10,362 nucleotides of DNA from an uncultured bacterium (GCA_964607485.1 CAZSKP010000035.1:12278-22639), one strand, 5' to 3'; shown: positions 1 through 7,123, counted from the stretch's first letter. A program made the numbers and translations. The notes: a model not told the origin generated them from the sequence alone.

Positions 1-42
1 GGGCGTCTTGGCTTTGATGGGCAACTTCGCCTTGAGCTGATA
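1..42 (-). pseudogene. Diverged copy of part of the 3' end of the alpha-2-macroglobulin-family gene (probably continues beyond the left edge of the window)
   Basis: 1..42 aligns ungapped to 1436..1477 at 38/42 identity. The minus-strand translation is YQLKAKLPIKAKTP, versus YQLKAKFPIKAKTP in the intact gene. Similarity stops abruptly at 43. Confidence 0.8.
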
Positions 43-51
43 GAAAGTCTT

Positions 52-100
52 GGGGGCCGGTCTTGCAATAACACATTGTTGCATTGCAAGACCTGACCCC
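52..100. repeat. REP-like imperfect palindrome
   Basis: Arms GGGGGCCGGTCTTGCAAT (52..69) and ATTGCAAGACCTGACCCC (83..100) are complementary at 16/18 positions, with an inner AACA-CAT-TGTT mini-stem. From recall, it resembles GGGGTCAGGTCTTGCAAT-type extragenic palindromes. Confidence 0.75.
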
Positions 101-122
101 ATATTCTGCAGACCAACACGGA

Positions 123-144
123 TGTCATTCTGAGCGAAGCGAAG
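123..144 (+). repeat. Left half of a GTCATT...AATGAC-class palindromic repeat element
   Basis: TGTCATTCTGAGCGAAGCGAAG matches, from recall, the start of a common bacterial extragenic palindromic repeat. It is cut off at 144, with no local complementary arm. Confidence 0.6.
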
Positions 145-153
145 TGTTAGGGA

Positions 154-894
154 TCATTTGTGGTTCGGCGGATTATACTCCAGCAAGTTGTCGGCGATCT
201 CGCCGTCAACTACTGGCTCATAGGTCGTTGTGTCCACTGTTTGGAAATCCTCGAACTTCGTTTCCTCGTCGATCCTGCGTACCAAATACGTCTCCTTCTC
301 AATCCAGAGCGTCACGGGGCTGTCGTCGAAATTACCATGGACGCGGAAACACTCGGTCTCGTCAAGTTTGGCGTCTTCGATCCTGCTTGCCTCGGTAATA
401 TCCGTCAATGGCCGCCCGGAAATCTCGTTGGGGAGGAGCAGCGCGGGGATTGTGTGCGCGGAACCTCCGGACACTCCTGTCGCGCCGGCCACCGCCAGCT
501 CAAGTGACGGCGGATTCTCGGTTCCGGGCTTGATGTCCCACCAGGTCCGGACTTCATTTTCTTTGCGCCAAACGATGAATAGGCTTTTCTCCTCGCGCTC
601 GTTGACGCAGACCCTTTCATAGTACTCAAAGCGGAACCGATCCGGACGGATGAAGGCTGTGTTAAAAACCAGTTCCTTGGTCCAATTGCGACCATCATGC
701 TCGATGAAGACGATCTTGACGATGCCAGAGTCACGGTAAGATTTGCATTCGGCATACGTTTTCGCCATGCGCTCGAGAATCTGCTTGGGGGCGAGAGTTT
801 CGGAGTGCGGCTCCTCCGCATTACTTATTGAAGCGGAGGAGAGCACAAAGGCACAGGAGAGGATCACTATGATAACCGCATCCACAAGGTGCAT
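154..894 (-). CDS. Secreted/periplasmic protein, probable LolA-like (DUF2092 / lipoprotein-sorting) fold
   Basis: 246-aa ORF with ATG at 894..892 preceded by GAGAGAG. Hydrophobic N-terminal signal with a probable SNA|EE cleavage site. Motifs 'ILERMAKTYAECKSY', 'RPDRFRFE' and 'VTLWIEKETYLVRRI' are typical of LolA-superfamily proteins. Confidence 0.7.
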   Translation of the reverse strand: MHLVDAVIIVILSCAFVLSSASISNAEEPHSETLAPKQILERMAKTYAECKSYRDSGIVKIVFIEHDGRNWTKELVFNTAFIRPDRFRFEYYERVCVNEREEKSLFIVWRKENEVRTWWDIKPGTENPPSLELAVAGATGVSGGSAHTIPALLLPNEISGRPLTDITEASRIEDAKLDETECFRVHGNFDDSPVTLWIEKETYLVRRIDEETKFEDFQTVDTTTYEPVVDGEIADNLLEYNPPNHK

Positions 895-1078
895 AAGAGC
901 TCTCTCTCGGTGACAGGAACGCCAAGAGTAAGATGTATAGGCACTCCCTTCTTATTCACACCTGGTGTAGTGTATCAGAGCGTGAGCATCTCTTCAACCT
1001 CGGCTCAACAAGGGGAAGTCTTGCTCTCTTCCGCTAACGGCGCTCATTATCAGGAGGAAAAACGAACTTTGCGATTGT

Positions 1079-1105
1079 CTGGATTCTCGCTTTCGCGGGA
1101 ATGAT
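1079..1105 (+). repeat. dRS3/RPE-like hairpin (right half of a GTCATT...AATGAC-class element)
   Basis: CTGGATTCTCGCTTTCGCGGGAATGAT contains an 8-bp stem, ATTCTCGC-TTTC-GCGGGAAT (1083..1102, one G:T pair). It is one mismatch from the ATTCCC-N8-GGGAAT dRS3 pattern. Confidence 0.65.
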
Positions 1106-1219
1106 CCCCGATCAGGTCGAGGGCGGGCAATTGAGGTATGCCTTCAGTCGTGCGATTCGAAATGTCTCCGGCGACTCGCCGGTTCGCGTCATTCGTGTTC
1201 CAAAAGCCCTTCTGAATGA

Positions 1220-1249
1220 AATCCGTGTCAATCCGTGAAATCTGTGGTT
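1220..1249 (+). repeat. Short tandem repeat with 9-10 bp period (AATCYGTG x3)
   Basis: AATCCGTG at 1220 and 1230, AATCTGTG at 1239. A related TTCGCG/TTCGTG pair lies at 1183/1192, and an inverted unit ACACGGAT lies at 116..123. Confidence 0.7.
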
Positions 1250-1293
1250 AGAAAAAGTTGTAAGCTTTTTGCATTTCCTCTTCTTGCAGACGG

Positions 1294-1333
1294 AAAAAGC
1301 GAGCGGGATGGGTCGTTGTGATCCATCCCGCTC
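1294..1333 (-). terminator. Rho-independent terminator of the alpha-2-macroglobulin-family gene
   Basis: Stem GAGCGGGATGG (1301..1311) / CCATCCCGCTC (1323..1333), extendable to 14 bp with one mismatch. On the minus strand it is followed by GCTTTTT and lies about 25 nt after the stop codon. Confidence 0.85.
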
Positions 1334-1357
1334 TTTGCAACGCCTCGGCGCGGAAGC

Positions 1358-4300
1358 TCAGGCGTTGATTTCGAGGAGCACCGGCTCGGCGAAGTCCTCG
1401 ACCGACGGGTCGTAGTATTCATACACCCGCGAGGTCGGCGTCTTGGCCTTGATGGGGAACTTTGCCTTGAGCTGATACGAGAAGCTCAGCTCGGCGTTCG
1501 CGTCTATCTTACGCAGGTAGATGATTATCTGGCGGCCCGTGACGGTGTACTTCTCGATGGTCTTGTTCTCGACGAGCGCCTGCAGGCCCTCGGGCTGAAC
1601 CGCAAAGCCGGGCGGCACGCCGAGGTCCACCATGACCATGTTGGCGGTCGCGGGCCTGTTGTTGAGCACGCGCACGCTGCACGTGACGAGGTCGTCCTTC
1701 TCCAACCGCGTCTTGTCGTACTGAACGTGTATCGACATCGGCTCCTGCCGCCCGGGCCTGTCCGCGCCCCACGGCAGATAGTAGCGGCCGACGATCTGAT
1801 ACAGCATGCTCCCCTCACCCTCGAACCGGAGCTTCACGGTGTTGCTTCCCTTGCGCACGTATTTCTTCAGGTCAACCAACCGCATCACGTCGCTGTCGGC
1901 TGGCGTGATCTTCAGCGTCGTGGCCGTCTCGCCGTCGATGCTGATGGTGATGACGCCGTCCACTTCCTCGGTGGAGCTGCCCAGCGCGACGACCATCGCC
2001 TTCATCGCGAGCACGGTCGCCTGCGTCGAGTGCCACGTGCCGGAGGCGTCCTTCGAGCGGATGAGGTAGGTCATCACCTTATTGGCCGTGTCGGTGTAGC
2101 GTCCGGACCTGAGGAACGCGATGGCGGCCAGCGCGGTCGTCTCAATGTCGGCGCTGTTGCCGTGCGAGTAGGTCATCGTGTTGAGCTTCGATTCCCAATG
2201 GACCGCGTCGTTTTCCTCTATCTTCATTCCGTCCAGTTTGCGCAGGGCCGCGTCGTCCTGCCGGTCGGCGAGCACGAGTGCGTTTGCGCACAGCGCGAGC
2301 ACATATGGGTCGTCGGCGTCGTTCATGTGCGCCTTGATGTAGCTCACGGCCTTCTTGACCTCGGGACCGTCGTAGCCCGACTCGAGCAGCGACCACGCGA
2401 CGTACGCGGTCACGGGCAGGTTGCTGTTCTGTATGCGGCTCCAGCTTTCCTGATGCAGGAACGATTGGTCGGGCGCCCAGCTTCCGTCGTCCTTCTGTTT
2501 CGAGAGCAGCCATTTCTGCGTCCGCGAGATGACGGAGGGGTCCACCTCGTGCACCTTCGCCATGTCCTTGAACTCCATCAGGCCATAGGCGGTCAGAATC
2601 TGGTTGGCGGGCGGATTGCCGAACCACTCGAAGCCGCCGCCGTTGACCTCGAAGCTCAGCAGCCGCTGGTAGCCGGTGTTGATGAATCCCTCGGCCTTCA
2701 TCTGTATCTCGGGCGAAAGCTGCTTCGTCGTCTTCAGGTAGTCGAGCACGAGGATGTTCGGATACGTCGTTGACGATGTCTGCTCGAAGCAGCCGAACGG
2801 CATCCGCAAAATATTGTCGAGCCCTTCGACGATTTGGCTGAACACGCCGGGATAGATTTTCACCAGGATGGTGCTGCCGTCGTCTGTGGCGTTGGGCGGA
2901 ATCGTGATGGTCTTCTCGACGACGCCTTCGAGCCGGTCGTTGAAGTTGACGAGAAATTCCTTGCCGTCGGGTGCGACGAGAATCTGTCTCTTGATTGCGT
3001 CGCTCATCTTGCTCCCGAGGCCGTGCACGGTCAGACTGTGCCAGCCGACCTTCTTCGCGACGATGGTGAAATAAACGACTGAGACCTCGTCCTTCTCGAG
3101 CCATATTTCCTTCACCGGTTCGTCCACGAGCTCGAACCACTCCTCCTTCGTTATCTCCAACTTGATCCGCTGGGAGCCCGGAAGGTAGTTGTACACCGCC
3201 ACCGGGATCGAGATTCGGTCGTTCTGCGTGAGCGCGACCGGCAGGTCGATGTCGATGAAGAAATCCTGAAACACACGGATGGGCGTCGAAGCGCTTCCGA
3301 GCGCGCCGCCGAGCGAAGAGGCCATGCTCGCCATCCGCCACGTCGTGATCGAATCGGCCATCTTGAGGGCGATGCTCGCGTTTCCATACGCATCCGTTAT
3401 GATAGCCGGGTTGAAGAACAACGTTTCGGGAAAATACTCACGTATGCGCACCTGCTTCTTGTCTCCGTGCGCTTCGCCGCCGACAACGCTTGAATCGGGT
3501 CTCATCTCATTGTCGGCCAGCATGCCGGCCGCCTTCTGCATCATCGGCGCCACCATACCTTCCTCGACTACATCAAACGCGCGGCGGAACCAGCCTCTCT
3601 CTTTTATTTCCGGTTGGCGGGTGATTGTCACGTCGTCCTTTGTGCCGACTTTCTCGTCGGGTCCGGCGCTGAGCAGTTGAAACGTCAGGTAGTCCTTCCA
3701 CGTGAAATATGCGTTCTCCGCGCGATACAGGTTTCCCCACGGGTCGGTCGCGTCTTCCGAATTCAGCAGACGCTCACCGACGAGGGCCGCGAGGGTTTCC
3801 GTGTCGTTCGGAAATCTGTCGTGACGCTTGTGGAACCGTTTCAGCGCCTTCTCTATTTCTTCGGCGTCCTTCTGCATGATTTTCTGAAGCTCGGCCACGA
3901 AGGCGGTCTCCTTGTCGTCGTAAGTGTTGACATTCAGCGAAGGCGTCCAGAGTGTCTCGACGGAGGCCAACAGCACGCGCGCGGCTTCGCGTCGCCTGGC
4001 GATTTCCTCGATGACGGCCGCATCCGGTTTGTGGAGGACGATGTCATCCATCGAGTAGCCGTGGATTTCGTAGCGCGGCTTCATCAGCTCCTTCTCGAGC
4101 GTAAAGTAAATCTTCTCGAGGCCGGGCTGCATCTCCTGTAGAAAGAACACGCTCTCGTCCACGATGCTCACACCGAGCGCAGCCAGGACGGGATGTCCCT
4201 TCTTGTCGCGCACGGTGAAATTGATCGTGGCGTCCTCGCCCGGACGATACACGTCCTTATCAAGCGCCACGTCGATTGTGAGGTCGTTGGCCGGATTCAC

Positions 4301-6214
4301 ATAGAGGAGTCGCGAGTCGCGGATGATGTCCGACGTTGGCGTTATCTGATAGGCGTTCATCTGAAGGCTTCCGGACAGGTCGGCCGAAAGCGCCACGTCC
4401 AGCTCGCCGCGTCCGTCGCGAAGCTCGACCGACTGCGTCAAAACCGTCTGCCCCTCCTTGATGAGGTCAACGTACACGGTCCCCCTCTTGCGCGTCGCCA
4501 GAACCGTCGCGTGAACGGTGTCGCCGACCTTGTACAGCGACTGGTCGGTGCGAAGCAGCACGTGGTGCTCGCCCGGCTGGGCTGCGAGCGTCAGCTTCTT
4601 GCTCGTCCGATTTCCCTCGGCGTCGCGCGCGTGAACGGTCATGTCGAGCTGTGCGCTTTGCGGGAGTACCCTGAGGGTGGCGATGCCCAGCGCATCGGTT
4701 CGCAGGCCAGTGATTCTCGTCGCGGTCGCGCTGACATCCACGTCTATCCTTGCGGCCGCGGGTCTGCCGTCGGGATACGTGGCCATGACGTAAATGATAT
4801 TCTCGATCCCGGGCACAATCGTCCCGCTCTCGGGAACCGCCACCACTATCAGCGGGTCGGCGGCGATGCTCACGTTGCGCGTGATTTCCTCCTTGTGGTC
4901 GGCGCCGTCAACGACCCGCACGTCCACCTTCACGAACGCCTTCCCCTGCTGGAGCGGCTGACCGACGAAGTGCGACGGCAGCCTCGTCTCGAATGAATAG
5001 TGCCCCGACGCATCTGTCCGGCCCTCGATGCGGGCGAACTCGGCGAACTCGACGTCGAATTTGGAAAACTTTATGACGACGACTCCGTTCGCGACCGGCT
5101 TCCCGAAAAAGTAGTCGGCCTGCACCTCGCCCCGCACCGTCTCGCCGGGCAGGTAGTAATCTTTGTCGGGCTTCAGGCTGATCTTGAACTTCGGGAGCAC
5201 GTAGCGTTTCACCGTGACATCCTTCTCGACCGTTGTCTCGCCGAGGATGACGCGAATTTTATACGTCCCCATATTGACCTCATCGGCCAGAACGAAATCG
5301 GCTGCGGCTATGCCGAACCTGTCGGTCTTCGTCGCGTGCTTGAACACCTTGTTGCCCTTTGCATCCTGCACCTCGATTATTACGTCATCCTCCCCCGCCG
5401 GCTGCAGCGTGGCGCGGGAAAGAGAAAGGCTGCGGATGTGGATGGTCTGCTCCGGCTGATAGAGCGGCTTGTCGGTCGTGAGCAGTATCTTGTGGGCTTT
5501 CCTTATTGTTATGGGATTCTCGATCACGTCTTCGCCCAAAGGCGAGCTGACCTGAACGACGAGCGTATGTTGACCCGCCAGGTCTTCCGGAATGCGAAAC
5601 GCGGCGTCCACCGTGCCTCGTTCGTCCGTCCTGCCCCGGAACAGAATGCTCTTGCTCGCATCGCTCTTTATGGCGAACGAAACTCCGGCGTTGGCGACGG
5701 GCTCACCCGTGGCATGGTTGAGCGCCACGAGGCGCAGCGTGGGCATGCTGCCCGCCAGGAATTCGGTCGAGCCGATGAGATGCGTCTCGATGGTTCCCAC
5801 GCATTCCGCCAGGCTTCGCCTCCCCTCCAGTCTGCTCCCGTCGCGGAGCTCGACCCGGTATTCGACGGAGTACAGCGACAGGTTCTTAAGCTCGGGCACG
5901 TGGGCTATCGATGCCCTGAAGGTCTGGCTCCTGCGAAAGGCAAACACGCTGTCCGACGTTTCGGCAAGGCGATTGCCCTTAAGGTCAACGATGGCTGCCT
6001 CAACCTGCGCCCATTCAAACAGCCGCGCCTTCCACTCGATGGGAATCGCGACCTTGACGCTCCGGCCGTCGAGCCAGGCCTGGATATGCGTCTTGTCCAC
6101 ATGCGCAGTGTCCGCCGGCACGGCCTGTTCCGCAACGGCAAACAACTGGCAAACGGCCAAAAGACTGATGGCCACAACCACCAGCGCCAATGAAATGTCG
6201 AAATGTTTTCTCAT
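1358..6214 (-). CDS. Alpha-2-macroglobulin/complement-family thioester-containing protein, with a GspG/T2SSG-like insert
   Basis: 1618 aa with an N-terminal signal peptide. MG-domain motifs TDKPLYQP, YVLPKF, YFFGKPV, TDQSLYKVGD and LDKDVYRPG. Post-bait motifs REYFPET and DSITTW. Thioester GCFEQ at 2794..2780, TED motif STQAT, and receptor-domain motifs NMVMVD and VYEYY. GGAG RBS just upstream of the ATG. Confidence 0.95.
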   Translation of the reverse strand: MRKHFDISLALVVVAISLLAVCQLFAVAEQAVPADTAHVDKTHIQAWLDGRSVKVAIPIEWKARLFEWAQVEAAIVDLKGNRLAETSDSVFAFRRSQTFRASIAHVPELKNLSLYSVEYRVELRDGSRLEGRRSLAECVGTIETHLIGSTEFLAGSMPTLRLVALNHATGEPVANAGVSFAIKSDASKSILFRGRTDERGTVDAAFRIPEDLAGQHTLVVQVSSPLGEDVIENPITIRKAHKILLTTDKPLYQPEQTIHIRSLSLSRATLQPAGEDDVIIEVQDAKGNKVFKHATKTDRFGIAAADFVLADEVNMGTYKIRVILGETTVEKDVTVKRYVLPKFKISLKPDKDYYLPGETVRGEVQADYFFGKPVANGVVVIKFSKFDVEFAEFARIEGRTDASGHYSFETRLPSHFVGQPLQQGKAFVKVDVRVVDGADHKEEITRNVSIAADPLIVVAVPESGTIVPGIENIIYVMATYPDGRPAAARIDVDVSATATRITGLRTDALGIATLRVLPQSAQLDMTVHARDAEGNRTSKKLTLAAQPGEHHVLLRTDQSLYKVGDTVHATVLATRKRGTVYVDLIKEGQTVLTQSVELRDGRGELDVALSADLSGSLQMNAYQITPTSDIIRDSRLLYVNPANDLTIDVALDKDVYRPGEDATINFTVRDKKGHPVLAALGVSIVDESVFFLQEMQPGLEKIYFTLEKELMKPRYEIHGYSMDDIVLHKPDAAVIEEIARRREAARVLLASVETLWTPSLNVNTYDDKETAFVAELQKIMQKDAEEIEKALKRFHKRHDRFPNDTETLAALVGERLLNSEDATDPWGNLYRAENAYFTWKDYLTFQLLSAGPDEKVGTKDDVTITRQPEIKERGWFRRAFDVVEEGMVAPMMQKAAGMLADNEMRPDSSVVGGEAHGDKKQVRIREYFPETLFFNPAIITDAYGNASIALKMADSITTWRMASMASSLGGALGSASTPIRVFQDFFIDIDLPVALTQNDRISIPVAVYNYLPGSQRIKLEITKEEWFELVDEPVKEIWLEKDEVSVVYFTIVAKKVGWHSLTVHGLGSKMSDAIKRQILVAPDGKEFLVNFNDRLEGVVEKTITIPPNATDDGSTILVKIYPGVFSQIVEGLDNILRMPFGCFEQTSSTTYPNILVLDYLKTTKQLSPEIQMKAEGFINTGYQRLLSFEVNGGGFEWFGNPPANQILTAYGLMEFKDMAKVHEVDPSVISRTQKWLLSKQKDDGSWAPDQSFLHQESWSRIQNSNLPVTAYVAWSLLESGYDGPEVKKAVSYIKAHMNDADDPYVLALCANALVLADRQDDAALRKLDGMKIEENDAVHWESKLNTMTYSHGNSADIETTALAAIAFLRSGRYTDTANKVMTYLIRSKDASGTWHSTQATVLAMKAMVVALGSSTEEVDGVITISIDGETATTLKITPADSDVMRLVDLKKYVRKGSNTVKLRFEGEGSMLYQIVGRYYLPWGADRPGRQEPMSIHVQYDKTRLEKDDLVTCSVRVLNNRPATANMVMVDLGVPPGFAVQPEGLQALVENKTIEKYTVTGRQIIIYLRKIDANAELSFSYQLKAKFPIKAKTPTSRVYEYYDPSVEDFAEPVLLEINA

Positions 6215-6389
6215 GATCTCCGTCCTCTCTCTTGGTCTTGTCTCCGCTCAATGAACGTCGTGCTGGTTGTTCCTGCCTATACAAACGAACGAGGAAGCCA
6301 AAAGATGTAAACGAAGACAATTCTTTTTGGAATCGGTCAGGCCCGGCCGCTGAACATTGGACCGACTGGCGGAAGAGATGGGCCGGAGC

Positions 6390-7064
6390 TCACGTCGGGC
6401 GGATGTTGAGAATGGTGGGGATTTTCAGGCCTTCGGTGCAGGGCGAGTTTTTGTAGCCCATATCGACGGCGATTCCGCCATCTATCGTCATTGAGACCAG
6501 CGTAAAATCAAAATCCTTGTCGAGACACGAGAGTTTCTTCCCCGACTCGAAAAACGACTCGAACCCTCTCTTGAAACTGCCCTCGCCGCGTGTCCACAGG
6601 GCGTCGGCAATCGTTTCATAGACCAGCGCGCTCTCCCCCAGCCCACGATGGTCGTGCACGAAGACGATACTCAGGTCGATAGGCTCGTCGGAAGCCATGT
6701 TGGCGATGACGAGCATCTGGGAATAGGCCTCCGATTCGTCCAGCTCGTAAAAGTCGGCCGCGGGTACATATTTCTTGCCCCAAATGCCGTCAGTCACCTT
6801 ATCTCTGCCGAATACGTGGTCGAAATACGCATCGAGACACACCACCTGCAGCACTTTCTGGGAATATTCGAGCTTTGCCGAACTTGTGACCACGTGCTGG
6901 TACTTTTTCCTCAGCATTCGGTTAAGCGTCTTGATGATGTCGGTTCTCAGAGTGTAAGAATCCTCAGTACTGAGGGACTTGCCCTTGTTTCTCGCTGAGA
7001 CGATGTTCCGAAAATCCCCGAGCGTGTCATCGAGGTCCCAGCAGATAATCTTCGGTTTTGTCAT
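6390..7064 (-). CDS. HAD-superfamily hydrolase-like protein (224 aa)
   Basis: Starts MTKPKIICWDLDDT, with motif I DxDxT at the usual N-terminal position. Motif II VVTSS, a candidate motif III Lys in GKKY, and a degenerate motif IV ANMASD. The start was shortened from 7364 because a promoter lies at 7124..7151. Confidence 0.8.
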   Translation of the reverse strand: MTKPKIICWDLDDTLGDFRNIVSARNKGKSLSTEDSYTLRTDIIKTLNRMLRKKYQHVVTSSAKLEYSQKVLQVVCLDAYFDHVFGRDKVTDGIWGKKYVPAADFYELDESEAYSQMLVIANMASDEPIDLSIVFVHDHRGLGESALVYETIADALWTRGEGSFKRGFESFFESGKKLSCLDKDFDFTLVSMTIDGGIAVDMGYKNSPCTEGLKIPTILNIRPT

Positions 7065-7123
7065 AGTGCGGTTAATCGATGGTTGAACAATGAGCTCTCG
7101 GCTATTTTTTTGGGATTCATAAT

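Noticed and set aside
1-42. Diversity-generating retroelement template/variable repeat pair with 1436..1477
   Set aside because: The differences are not confined to adenines in either copy, they fall at third codon positions, and there is no reverse transcriptase in the window.
1220-1249. CRISPR array
   Set aside because: Units are only 8 bp with 1-2 bp between them, with no spacers and no cas genes.
889-1422. Small ORFs 889..1104 (+) and 1228..1422 (-)
   Set aside because: They run through repeats and the terminator, and show no clear RBS or protein-like features.
6149-6160. Lipoprotein lipobox in the macroglobulin (LAVC)
   Set aside because: Val at -1 does not fit the G/A/S consensus, and an SPI site (LFA|VA or AVA|EQ) is at least as plausible. 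Left uncalled.
1509-6320. Long overlapping ORFs within the macroglobulin gene (e.g. 1727..2773, 2142..3341, 4193..4996, 5000..6193)
   Set aside because: Antisense or off-frame shadows of a well-supported gene, with biased composition and no domains.
6343-6386. Terminator after the HAD gene (CCGGCC/GGCCGG)
   Set aside because: Only a 6-bp stem with a loop over 30 nt and no adjacent U tract.
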